Positions 24,154 to 37,545 are shown, counted from the stretch's first letter. The stretch is 50,290 nt of DNA from Octopus sinensis (GCF_006345805.1 NW_021834555.1:1-50290); one strand, 5' to 3'. Translations and numbers: made by a program. Notes: a model not told the origin generated them from the letters alone.

Positions 24154-27100
24154 TCCAGTTTATTTTAAATATCTTCACGTCGATTCAGTTAATTTCAATC
24201 GCTTTCGACTAATTAACAGCCCAGCACTGAACTTAGAAATTATTTTTAAGTCGCAGATCTTAAAGCAATTTTAACAGCAACAACAACAGCACAACGTTAA
24301 CAGAACAGTAAGAATGTGTGTGTGTGTGTGTGTGTATGCGTGTGCGCGCGTATGCGCGCGTGTGTGTGCGTGTGTATGTGGCTGACTGTAGAGACAATCT
24401 GTGTATGTCTATGTAAGAGAGGGGGTGTTTTAGGGAGAGTAAAAGAGCAAGAAAGAGAAAGTGAGAAAAAGAAGGGGAGAGAGAGAGAGAGAGAGAAGGA
24501 GAGATAGAAAGATGAGTGTGTGTGTTACATAGAGAGAAAGAAAGAGTGTGCGAGAAACAGTATGTGTATGAGAGAGTACTTGTGCGTGTGAGGGCGAGTG
24601 TGTTAGAAAGATAGATAGATAGAAATATAGATAAAGAGAAAGAGAGAAAGAGAGAAGAGAAGAGAGGGGGGGGAAAGAAAGAGAGATGAGAGAGAATGAG
24701 AGAGAAAGAGTAGACGAGAAAATAACAAAAAGGACCCAAGATGTGTAAAAGTTTCGATAAGGAGTGTCAAGTTATACATTGAGAGAAGGTGTCAAGGTGG
24801 ACTGCGACAGACTGTGTCACTGGCGTGTCTCTACCATTAGACAGATAGCTCATCGTCTTAACCTTGGTGTGCCATGAGTACAGGGTCTTTGAAGATCAAA
24901 TACTGTAAGGATGGAACTTGCCATACTTATTCCGCAATAAGGAAACTAGCAAGCGAATAATACCCTCTGCTCAGGGTGTCTTAAACCTTGGAAACCATTT
25001 TTCGATAGCGAGGAAGCACCGCCTCTGGCGACGATGATAGCGATTACTGAAAGACTTCTATGAATTTAACGATCTTCATTATTAACAGAAGAGTGGAGGT
25101 GGGGGGAAAGTTGTTAAAATAAAAATTGAAGTTTTTTGTTTTTTTTAAATAAAGCGAATCAACGATGGCCTCCCTCTTAGAATATGGCATTTTCATAACC
25201 ATAACATAGGGCCAAGTTCTGAAAGGAAGCACGTAAACCTATTTTAGCTTGATCTTCTGAAACTAAACGCCCTAACAGAATCTCAGTTCAGTGAAGTAGA
25301 TTTTCGCTTGTCTCTTAAATTAATCTCCACTTTGCGATTATTAATGCAGCAAAAATTCTCCAAAACCTTACAGGAAATAACAAAGGAAACCTAAGTCAGC
25401 CCCAAATCTCCACAGACACCCAATAAAATAAGTAAAAGCAGTCTTTAAAACCATATCTTGTTTGTATTTCATATATTAACTGACTGACGTTACCATAGGC
25501 CAATAATGTTGGTGGCAACCGGGATTGACCAAGTTCTAAATATAATGAATTCTTAGTCATGTTGGTACGGTTTAGTGTCACACGCACACACATACACACA
25601 CTCATACACACACACGCACGCACATACTCGCACATACTCGCGCACACACATGCACACATGCTCCCCCTCTCTTTCTCACACACACATACATAAAAAAACT
25701 GACACTCCGTCGGTTATGACGACGCGTGTTCCAGTTGAGCCGATCACGGAATAGCCTTTTCGTGAAGTTAACGTGCAAGTGGCTGAGTGCTCCGCAGACA
25801 CGCGTGCTTTTAACGCAATTCTCAGGGAGATTCAGAGAGACACAGGATGGAATCAAAGCTGGCCCTTTTGAATTACATGTGCAACGCATTTTTGCCAACT
25901 GAGTGGATTGGCGCAACGTGAAATAAAATACTTTGGTCAAGAACACAAAGCACCACCGGATCGTGAACCGGAAACCCTAATCGCTATGCCACGTGACCCC
26001 ACCACACGTAGACACACATACACGCATACTCATACACACACACATATACACACATACACACACGCACACATATACACATACACACACAGTGGTTTCTGCT
26101 ACAGGTGCGTTGTTTTCTGTGTAGTAAGTTGTAGGGCACAGATAGTTCTGTTAACCCCTTGCAATGTTCCCTGTAACTTTTAGGGGTTCTGTCCCAAAAG
26201 TATACGTGACACTGATTATATAATTAGCATAACTATTAATTAGCATATTAATTGGGACAAAACGTGAGTGCAAAGCGTATGTGCACTCACACATATGCGT
26301 AGCTTAGAGGGAAGATGGACCCCAGTATATGACTGGTTCTTGTTTTATCGACTTCGGCCGAATTAAGGACAAAGTTGACCCTGTTTGAATTTGAAACTCA
26401 GAATATAACAGGATATAACTAAACACAATTAACCGCTGTCCCGGTTTCGATTCTGTCTTCCACCACTTCTTCTGACTTACATATGACATGCAATTAAATT
26501 TCTTTTACGGCAGTAAATATTTTACTACGGATATATTTCATCCTGGATCTCAATAACATCTGGGGTCCGGTTGTCATGTGACAGATATAAATGACGTCTG
26601 GGTCCGTAAGTATTTCATACAACGTAGTCGGCACCATTCAAGATATTTGCTGCCATCTCGGCTGGCAGGCGTGACACATTATTCACGAAACATTGTTTTT
26701 GAGTTGATATGGCTCTCCTTTTGAAACCTATCGGGATGCGATTAAATCTTCTTGTCCCCTTACACAAATATATTCACCACAAATTACGTATGGTAGCAAT
26801 TGTAACGAAGAGTATCATATCAAAAAACCTTAAACTTCACTTGCACCCTTGAGGATACACAAAGGGTGTGGTTTTCCATTGCTACCAAGAGAGTCTATAT
26901 CTTTGGTCTGATGGGAAAAGAATCTGTCAGTTTTGTGTGTGTTTGTACGTATTGTGAGAAGGGTGGACTGTCAGAATTGTTAGAGCGTCGGATACATTAC
27001 TTTCCCGCATTTGTTTTGGGACGTTAGGCTCTGAGTTCAAATCCCGCCGAGGATTGAAATGATAAAGTACAAACCTAGCACGATGGATTGGCAGAACTGC

Positions 27101-27719
27101 GTGAGCGTCGAACGAAATGCTTTGGTGTATTTGTTCTAGCTTTTTATGTTCGGAGTTCAAATCCTGTTGAGGTCACCATTAGCTCACGCTTTTTTCGTGA
27201 TCGATAAAATAATGTATGAACTCCAGGTAATTAATTTAATCGATCTGGTTAAATGAGGCAGGGGTGACAACGACGATATTTTAATGAATTAAAAGTAATT
27301 AACTATGACATACATTGCGGAAAGAATTTCAGCTTTAGTCAGTATAGTAACAAATGTGTCTGTACTATTGTAGTCCGAATTACACTATTCCCGCAGGAAA
27401 CGACTTGATGCTCATGGACGTATCATCGTTGATTACAAATCTGTTTCACCAGAGGCGACCTAGGGTTAAACTGCAAGATCAACACCAATTACAACTACTA
27501 CCGCTATCGTTAACCTAAACAGATACCGGACTGTTCCAGTAATTAAACAGTCCAACATTCTCTCATGTTATGCCATGCTGATTCCGTCTGAGAATTAAGT
27601 TAAGGGTACAAGTGCCTACGGAATACTCAACCAATTACTTTATAATTCTGCCAGCAGCAGACAGTTTAGCCGATCGAATAACTCGATTACTCCTCATCGA
27701 CATAAACATCCATTTACTT

Positions 27720-27751
<32 letters not shown>

Positions 27752-27883
27752 GGCCTGCTCGCTTAGCCAGCGGGGTGGCGTCATTCGAAGGCTAAAACAA
27801 TGCGAACGCATTGTGACCAGCGATGTGTAAAACATCTGATGGTCTGGTCGGTGACGTGATCACGTGATATATATATATATATT

Positions 27884-27950
<67 letters not shown>

Positions 27951-27958
27951 ACCGTATG

Positions 27959-28216
27959 TACAGCGTTGTTATTAAGGTTAAACTGTCCTATGTCCAAATT
28001 TGACCAAAGACTTTTTTTTCAATATTCATTTTTGCTTGCAATAGTTGTTTTTCTTGGTTAAACTATCGTATCTCCATCTGCTTCAGATGCCAAGATATCA
28101 AAAATTGTCAAAGTGTAGTACAACGGTTTTACTATAGAACGGTGAAACTATTTTCTTGTTTTCTGAAAAAGCAACGTTTTGGACTTACGACACTTTTGCC
28201 TAATAGCAACGATATA
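27959..28216 (-). mobile_element. MITE, inverted copy of 1859-2119
   Basis: Colinear reverse complement, including the interior 'gatatcttggca.ctgaagcagatggagatacgatagttt'. Confidence 0.8.
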
Positions 28217-28477
28217 AATATATACTCACATCCATGTAGGTGCGTATGTGTTTGTGTGTGTGTGTTATTCAAAGTGTATAGTATTAGATAGCCATTATTT
28301 TCGATCTTACTAACCGGTTTCGCACAGGGGTTTCAACGGGATAATTTCACGAGCAGGCTGTTCCGTTGATCGGATCAACTGGAACACTCGTCGTCTTAAC
28401 CGACGGAATACCATATTTTTTTATACATGCATTTCTCTTTATATAATATCTGTTGTATAATACAATATTAATTATAT

Positions 28478-28522
<45 letters not shown>

Positions 28523-29121
28523 ACATATACACACACATCCATACGAGAACACACATACATCGTATCATTAGAGAACGATGCCCGATGATCTGCTTTTAAT
28601 ATTGAAATAATGTAGTTAAATGTGTGTATACAGAAGCTGGTTGTAAATAGTTATCAGAAGAAGAACTCATTTTTTAATTAATGAGTATTTTGTAAGGTTG
28701 GGTTATGATTGGTGGCTTTATAATAAGAAACAGGCTGATTATTCATTCTAAAGAGATTAGGCTGGATTAAAGAATCCGGAGGGACGGAAACTTATGGTTT
28801 CGTCAATGGAAAACTAAAGTAAAATGTTGTAAAAGATGGAGAAGGGACAACAAGAAAGAACAGTGAGATGTAGAGGCATTTACTTCGTGAAGGGGTAGCA
28901 GTGTAGAAGATCTGCCTGATCGGGTTGGCTAGCTAAGGCAGGTAACTGTATCTCTTGATATCCCCGTCCTGCTGCAAACCCCTCGGGTTTTCTCCATTGC
29001 TTTCCATGTTATTTATATAAGGACGTCTGTTGGCGTAAAGGATTTTATATCTCTCGGCTCAAGAGAGAAGTTGTTCAAACACATAGATTACACTACACAG
29101 TATGCTGTGTGTATATATATA

Positions 29122-29208
<87 letters not shown>

Positions 29209-29213
29209 GTATA

Positions 29214-29261
<48 letters not shown>

Positions 29262-29420
29262 ATATATATAATATATATATATAGTTTTTATGCATGGCTA
29301 TAAATTAATTGAAGGATTACGTACTACATTTAAAAAGAGTATCACATTTATTTTTTTAACGAAAGGTTGAAGTCACTGCCATCCTTTTCCTTTTCCTTGT
29401 TCACACACACCACACACACA

Positions 29421-29465
<45 letters not shown>

Positions 29466-29816
29466 AGTTAATATTTAAGTGTTGCGTATGTTCCTAGTAG
29501 AACACTGATAAAGCACGTTCACTGTCTAAGGCTACCTGGTGTCATCACCGTAATTACAGAATTGTCGTTGGATCTACCTCAGGAAATTTTCAGTGTACGT
29601 TGAGTATAAAACAAACGATAGAGACGGAAAATGGAATGCACGCAAAACTTTATTACTCACAACGATCGTTTCGACACATCCTGCATCCATCCCTCGCTGG
29701 TGGGAAGCTATACAACTAGTTATGGTGCATCCCTCGGTGTAGAAGCAACGTGACGTCAGGTAATATAATAAGAGATATCTCGCCAAATGAACTCCGCTCG
29801 GATTTGATACAGCATG

Positions 29817-29865
<49 letters not shown>

Positions 29866-31917
29866 GAAGCAACCACAAAACATTCCAGTTTAAATATTCT
29901 ATATTTTTGAGATGAGGAACTATGTACATTATTTACAATGGAAAGTACATCAGCCGAAACGTTGTGGAAATAACAAACAAGGCGAGGCCACGTATCCGTC
30001 CATTGCAAACAATGTACTCCAGTTTTAAGCGAACAATCACGCGGATGAAACAGTGGAACTGCCAGAGACAGTTATAAAATTCACTTTATATTTCGGTCAA
30101 ACGAGACGTCAAAGAAACCAAGAACTTTGTTGTTAGTTGTCCAAAATGGTATTAAAATATTTTATTAAATTCCTTTGTTGTTTTTGACACCAAAACATCA
30201 ACTCTGTAATGTTTTTGCATCACATTCTAAATACATTATTAAAATTATGAGGACAATTTTATGTTGATGGAATTTCGAGGTATGATCTAAGTTGAAGTTA
30301 GTTTTGGTTCTATTCTAATGTCGTACACATCTCTTCGTTTTCTAAAGCGTTGAATTACGTGTCTTATATTCTCTTATATTCTCATCTCGTGTAATAGATT
30401 CTCTGATGTTTGTAGTCAATTTGGTGGAGTTCTTTTGTTCATATTCTCTAAGAATCTCACATTTGATGGCATCAAGTCCATAAATATTTTCAACATATTT
30501 GAGATTTGACTTATTTGAAAAGTTACGGGAAGAATATTTCTGAACCGATCCCTGCAATTGTTCCAAGAACGATATTAGATTTCTTATGACATTTTTTGAC
30601 TTTAGTAGTTTTGAAGACGACAAGAATATTGTTGCAAGATATCAGGGAAAACATTTGAAAACATTATTGCATAGTTCAGATATACACTATATTGTTGTTG
30701 TTTTTTTATTGCTAGTATGTAGCCCCAAGTCTTACTAGGACTACAGTATTCACTTGAACATTGCTCATGACACGCCATCGCAATATGGCTGACAGAAATC
30801 CCACAGGCAAGCGTTATTGTATATTAAACAAAAATATGGCAGGCATTAGATATGTAATAATAATGTAATGAGTTTAGAATCTTCAATTATTTGAGACTAT
30901 CCAAATTATGAGTAAACAAATACCCCTTCCTTTCAGTGTGGATGGTGTGTGTGTTTAAGAATCAAGCAAGGGCAATAACTACAAGAATTTCAATTAATCG
31001 AAGAGTTTGGAAAATAATGACAATGCATTATGGGAATAGTTTTGGTCTTCATCACCAACAAATATGTTCCGATATCATTAGACATCCCCTCCTCCTCCTC
31101 CCAAAATTTATCCTTCCTCTTTAAAGAGATTATGATACGATATGGAGGAAATTGATTGTTATTTCTAGGAGGAAAAGTGACAACATTGACACACTCTCTG
31201 TCTCGCCTGGCATTATATCTAATATATCATATGTGTGTGTGTGTGTATATATATATATGCATACATAGGTATTTTGGATATATATATATATAATATGTAT
31301 ATATATGTATATATATATGTATATATATATATGTATAAATATCTTACATATACACGTATATATATATAACATACGCACACACACACACACACGCACACAC
31401 ACATATATATATATATATATGTATGTATGTATACATGTACGTGTGTATGTATGTATTTATGCGTTGTAATGTATGTTTTAAGTAAATATATAACAAGTAA
31501 TGTGAAAGCATCCATTAACTGGGCTAAAACAAGGAAGAATGTCAAACGATGGAAACCTTCAAACTGGAGCAGAACCTTTTCTAAAGAATAGCTTTCCATT
31601 ACAGTTTGTTCTATTGCATATCGAATTACCATTTAATACCATTGTCATTCAGGCGCTAACTTCGCCCTAAAAGGTCAACTTTTCGTTTAAATGTCCAAAT
31701 GACAAGTTCCACTGTAGCTGCCTTTTGTTGTTGTTGTTGTTGCTGTTGTAATGGACGGTGTGTGTGCATGCGTGTGCGAAGGCATCTGTGTGTGTTATGA
31801 GTGTGTGCCTATGTGTAAGTGTGCATGTGCGTGGTGGAAAAAAGAACAGAAAGAAAAAATAGGAGAGAAAACGCGAGAGAGATTAAGAATGTGAAAAAGA
31901 TATGTGTGTGTGTCATG

Positions 31918-31961
<44 letters not shown>

Positions 31962-32012
31962 TATATATATTATATATATAGTATATATATTATATATATA
32001 TATATATATTAT

Positions 32013-32048
<36 letters not shown>

Positions 32049-32056
32049 GTAATATG

Positions 32057-32088
<32 letters not shown>

Positions 32089-32178
32089 GTATATATATAT
32101 ATATTATATATATATAATATATATATATGTTATATACATATATATATATATATATATTATATTATATACATACATTTA

Positions 32179-32230
<52 letters not shown>

Positions 32231-32308
32231 TATATATATATATACATACATACATGTACGCACATAAACGCATACCACAGATACACACGCACACACAAAC
32301 ACACGTAC

Positions 32309-32343
<35 letters not shown>

Positions 32344-32675
32344 GAGAAAATTATTTGTTGTTTTTAGTAAATTTGTTTAGCGTCCTTAAAATAACATTTT
32401 AACTTGGGTGAGAAGGTTGTTTATCTCATCCAGTGTTTGATATCTATGTTTAGGTGATATTAATATCTTTGATTTCTTAATTAATTACATAATGATCTAT
32501 TTGAATAAATAATTACTATCAGATACATTTAACACATGAACGTTTTGTCCAGTTTTCAAACAATTTGGTTTTCTAATTGGGGAAAAAATTGGTTTTCTAA
32601 TTGGTAGAAGTATCAAGAATAGAGACGCCATTGGGGTACATAAATTGACCTCTTTAAATGGAGAAGACTACTTAA

Positions 32676-32837
32676 GGCGCAGGAGTGGCTGTGTGGTAAG
32701 TAGCTTGCTTACCAACCACATGGTCATGGGTTCAGTCCCACTGCGTGGCACCTTGCGCAAGTATCTTCTACTATAGCCTCGGGCGGACCAAAGCCTTGTG
32801 AGCGGATTGTAGACGGAAACTGGAAGAAGCCCGTCGC

Positions 32838-32874
<37 letters not shown>

Positions 32875-33187
32875 TATATATAATATACATACACACACAC
32901 ACACCACACCACACCAGAACACACACACATATATATATATATAAATGTGTGCGTGTGTGTGTGTGCGTGTGTGTGTGTGTGTGCTTGTGTGTCTGTTTGT
33001 GTGTCTTTGTTTGTCCCCCCAACATCGCTTGACAACTGATGCTGGTGTGTTTATGTCCCCGTAACTTAGCGGTTCGGCAAAAAAGACCGATAGAATAAGT
33101 AATAGGCTCACAAAGAATAAGATTTGCCCGACTAAAGGCGGTGCTCTAGCATGGCCATAGTCAAATGACTGAAACAAGTAAAAGAAT
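32676..33187 (+). mobile_element. CORE-type SINE, full length
   Basis: From 'ggcgcaggagtggctgtgtggtaag' to 'gactgaaacaagtaaaagaata', with a long internal microsatellite. Confidence 0.9.
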
Positions 33188-33392
33188 AATTGGAACAAAT
33201 TGTTGCCCTTGTAACTGGGAACATTTATCTGGTAGCGCGATTTTATGAAAATAATAGCCAAATCTCTTTCTTATACACTATAGATTAAAAGCAAAGAAAC
33301 AAAAATAATAAGTTTTATTAGATAATGCATTGTTTGAAAAAACTCCACTGGACGGTCACAACTGGAATGCATTTGATCACAGGCTTGCTCAC

Positions 33393-33477
33393 TGAGGGCT
33401 GATCTGAGACCAAGAAGCACGAGACATACCAACAGAATATACAGTATTTTATCAATATATCTGCCATTAATGGACAT
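33393..33477 (-). CDS. Candidate first coding exon encoding a signal peptide (MSINGRYIDKILYILLVCLVLLGLRSAL)
   Basis: ATG, a basic n-region, a 14-residue hydrophobic core and a small-residue c-region; phase-1 donor 'CCTCA|gtgagc' at 33392. Lies in unique sequence. Confidence 0.35.
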
Positions 33478-33559
33478 GAAACAACTAAAACCTTCAGACG
33501 AATGCCAAGCTATACAAATTACGGTGAAGGCATATTAACAAGTTGGGTTTTGCTTTTCA

Positions 33560-33610
33560 AAACCAGAAGCAGCGGAAGACGGTCGCTGACTCTTTTTTAG
33601 TCACATGTTC
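33560..33610. promoter_or_regulatory. Possible promoter-proximal motif cluster
   Basis: Locally CpG-rich 'gcagcggaagacggtcgctgactc...agtcacatg' with ETS-like CGGAAG, TGACTC and an E-box-like TCACATG, ~100 bp upstream of the minus-strand ATG. Confidence 0.2.
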
Positions 33611-33901
33611 TATCTCAGACAAGGGTACAGATCACAGTTGCTCCACACAAATATTCTTGGTTCTTCTAAAAGAAAGATGATTCCTGCGATTGGTAACAAA
33701 ACAACTCCTCGTTCATTCACGAAAACATTTCTTCCATTTTCTCACCGATGCCTTCTTTCCTCATCTGTCTCTTCTGCTGCAACAACAACATTACTCGATC
33801 ATCTCAAATAATCAAAAAAAAAAAAAAAAAAACCAAAGACCTTAATTTAGGTCGTTTTCACCCAGGGTGTCTGCCTCATCTATTTCTGTCTCACCATGTA
33901 G

Positions 33902-33979
33902 AGTCCGCACGAAAAACTTAACCAGAACTAAAATCTTCAAAGAACGGTTTATGTTGACAAACATAATGGAAGGACGATT
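33902..33979 (+). CDS. Weak candidate 78-nt phase 2-2 exon (VRTKNLTRTKIFKERFMLTNIMEGR)
   Basis: Acceptor 'tttctgtctcaccatgtag', donor 'GATT|gtgagt', one open frame. Confidence 0.2.
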
Positions 33980-34446
33980 GTGAGTTTGGAGAGGAATTTA
34001 ACACTTCAAGATTGTCTTTTGGTCTGAGGGAGAAAAATTTTGCGTCGGGAGAAGAATAATCTTACCCTTGGTTCGAGAGAGAAAACAAAATCGTCATTTC
34101 AAAGAGACATATTGTCCCAGAAAAAGGGGGCTAACATCAGAACATCAGATCCGTCTTGATTCTGCGTCAGGTGAACTTATCCATACTGTCAAAGACAAAA
34201 GAAATCTAACGTTGGACACTGGGTGAATCGATGTTACCAATCTGAGACGTTCCAAAAGATCTTTCAGTATCCACACCAAAACATAAATTTTGGTAAGGAA
34301 TATAATAATAAAAAAAATAATAAAAAGTAGTTGTATAATTCTTATGATACTGGGACAAGAATATCTCACGAATGTCGACATTTCATTTCAACGTAAAGAC
34401 TACTCGTTAGGTATTATATAGTCCCTCCTCCTCCTCCTCCTCCTCC

Positions 34447-34508
<62 letters not shown>

Positions 34509-34783
34509 TCCCCCATTCACCATCATTGTAATCGTCATCATACAAAGGTTGACTTCCTGGACCTAACCCTAAACCGCGAAACAGATACATAGTACCTCTA
34601 TAGAAAATCCCCGAGTTTATATTTATAGACACTCCAACCACGCCATCATCGCCATCCTCCTCTTCCTCCTCCTCATCATCACCCCTCAATACAGCAACCG
34701 TCATTATTACGATCATGATCTTCATCGCTGTCGTCGTCATCATCAACATCATTCTCCTCACCCACCTCCACCGCAATCCCCGC

Positions 34784-34824
<41 letters not shown>

Positions 34825-35406
34825 CCATCATCATCATCAGCGTAGCTTATCCGTTGTGAAATCAGCTTAACCAATCCAAACGGTCATATGTTAAAACACT
34901 TTTCATTACTTGTCTCTGCAGTTGAATGCTTGCTATTTCACTTAACTAATTATTATCAGCAAATTTATTTATTTATTCATTAGGTTTGGCTCTGCTTACA
35001 TAGTTAATCAATTACTCATGTTTCCTTAATTTGCCCCTCTCCCTCCCTTTTCCCCTCACTCTCTTCTTCCCCCTCTTGTCTCCCTCTTTCTCTCGAAGCC
35101 ATTTCTCACCTTCATCTATTCAAAACTCCAATATATTCTTGTCAAATGTCTTCTCTTCATTTAACAAAAATTTTCAAAGTTTGCAGTTCATTCTGTCTCA
35201 TTTTTTTTTGCTGCTTTTACAGAAAGCTTTTCTCAGCGTGGCAAGTAACAACATTAATAGTTAAACGAGAATTATTTTCTTAAATTATATTTGATATTCT
35301 AACAGTGTTGGTCATCCATACATGGTATTCCATATCCTTGCACAATTCTCCATCCATATTATCCCATATGCTTCCACTTTTTTTCTCTTTAATATTACCT
35401 CACACG

Positions 35407-35615
35407 AAGGCGGCGAGCTGGCAGAACGTTGGCACGCGGGGCAAAATACTTCGTCCTAACATTCTGAGTTCAAATTCCACAAAGGTTGACGTTATCTATC
35501 ATCCTCTCCGGGTCGATAAAACACGTACCAGTTAAAAACTGGGGGGGGGGGGATGTAATGGACTTATTCACTCCCACGAAATTGCTGCCTTTATGCGATA
35601 TTTTGAAATCGTTAT
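35407..35615 (+). mobile_element. OK-like SINE
   Basis: Head 'aaggcggcgagctggcagaacgttggcacg', B-box-like segment and body. Confidence 0.8.
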
Positions 35616-35829
35616 TTCTCCACACAATGTTTCCATATTTTAGTAGTTCCTAGTTTAACCAATCTCAGACAGGGAATTGGTAGAACTGTTAGACTGTCGG
35701 GCGCAATTCCTTGTGTTGTACGTTCCGACTTTCTGCGTTTCGAGTTCAGGTCCCACCGAGGTCAACGTTGTTGTTCATTAAAACAGGAAGGTCTCTGTGT
35801 AGAAGTTACTCAAAGTTTACAGCTAAAAC

Positions 35830-36185
35830 AATATTTATAAGAATGGAAAAGATTTTCTCTCCAGAAGTAACTCTACACGTAAAACTGAAGCCAGCAAACG
35901 GGTTCATTCAGCCAATTGTCCTCTCCGGGACAAAAACTTGGACAATATAGGCAGGCTTTGGTGCAAAAGATAGAAGCCTTTGGGATGTGGGTCTTTCACA
36001 GATTGGGCAGAATAATCTGGAAAGACGAGAACAAACGCTGCTACACCAAGAGTCCCAGGATACCATTTATCGAGAATCAAGCCCACAAAGCTATCATGTT
36101 TTGGGTATATAATGTACCTTGAGCCACTGACCCAGACCTTTCGGACAGGAAGTGTGGAGGGAACGAGAGCAACAGGTCGTTTGTT
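35830..36185 (+). pseudogene. RTE-clade LINE ORF C-terminal relic (frameshifted)
   Basis: Successive frames read KLKPANGFIQPIVLSGTKTWTI* / QKIEAFGMWVFHRLGRIIWKD / GSVEGTRATGR. These match RTE post-RT motifs VLLYG.ETWT, RIEAFEMW..RR.LRI.W.D and G.VEG.R.RGR. Confidence 0.8.
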
Positions 36186-37506
36186 GATTAACGAGAAAGG
36201 AGTTCTTCCTCTCCCATCTGTTCTGGCTTTTTGCGTTCTGTGTTTAAATTCCGTCTTGGCACCGATGATCAGTGCTAATCACTCGACCACAGGAGCACCC
36301 AACCCAACTCATTATTGACCAGGATGACCAGCTAGGGCTACAACCAATACAGATAAAACGGAAACTGCATGTTGAGGCTTTCATTCAGCAGTGGACCGGA
36401 AACAAATGAATGGAATTACTACAATTTTCAATAAATTCTCAATAAATTCTGATGCAATTTCATGAAATAATTTCTCGCATGTATTTTATACCCAAGCAGC
36501 AACAGAAGATCACTTTTATCCTTGAGTGATGACTAACAAATGTCGGATTTTACTCAACCCACTCCACTTCTATTGTGTTGTGGTATTTGGAACCATTCTT
36601 TACGATCGGAGTTCAAATCCCACCAAAGTCAACTTAGCTTTTCAAATATAATACCAGTCAACCACTGGGGTAAATGAATCGACTAATGCCCCCTCCTCTC
36701 AGATCTATGGGTCTTTTGCCAATTGTTGTTGCTATTGTTGGAGGCGATAAAGTGGTGTAATCAATTAAATTTTGGGTTCAAATCCTGCCATAGTTGATCT
36801 TACCATTCATTCTGCCATGTGACCGATATATTAAAGTACCAGTGAAACACTTCAGTCCGTTTAATCAACCGTGACTTTCTTTACTTTTCTCAAAATACGT
36901 TTGGCTTTCGGCCAGGGTAAAAAAAAAAAAATCTTCATCATTATTAAATTCGTGACCTTGTGCCAAAGATAGAAATGATAATAATAATGATAATAATAAT
37001 AATAATATTAATAATAATAATAATAATGAAACTTAAAAAAATAATAATTATTATTATTATTGTTATCCTCCTCCTCCTCCTCCTCATCATCATCATTTAT
37101 TATTATTGTTGTTATTATTATTATTATTTTATTATTATTATTATTATTATTGACGTTGTTGCTGTTGTTATTGTTGTTGTTTCGGATGTTATATGGTTTT
37201 AATTATTTCTTGTTGAATAGAGAATATGTTTAGCAGGATGTGTTTCATTTTTGTGAAAATTTTGTAAAGGAAAAAAAAAATCTTTTTTTTCTCTCTCTTT
37301 CTTCTCATAATTCTCTCTTTCACCCTCTCTCTGTTAACTTAAGTCTCTTTCTTATGCTCATATTCATGACTACACACACACACACACCACACACACACAC
37401 AGAGAGACACACACACACACACAGGCACATGCACACCACACATACACACGTACATGTGTATGTGTATGAATGTACGTATGCATGTGCGTCTCTTTCTCTC
37501 TTCTCT

Positions 37507-37545
<39 letters not shown>

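Noticed and set aside
26585-26605. 21-nt micro-exon candidate with a strong gtaagt donor
   Set aside because: The acceptor is mediocre, and longer versions of the exon contain stops in all frames.
30500-30550. Minus-strand DRFRNILP resembling the PTP KNRY..ILP motif
   Set aside because: The following sequence is not PTP-like and the frame closes soon after.
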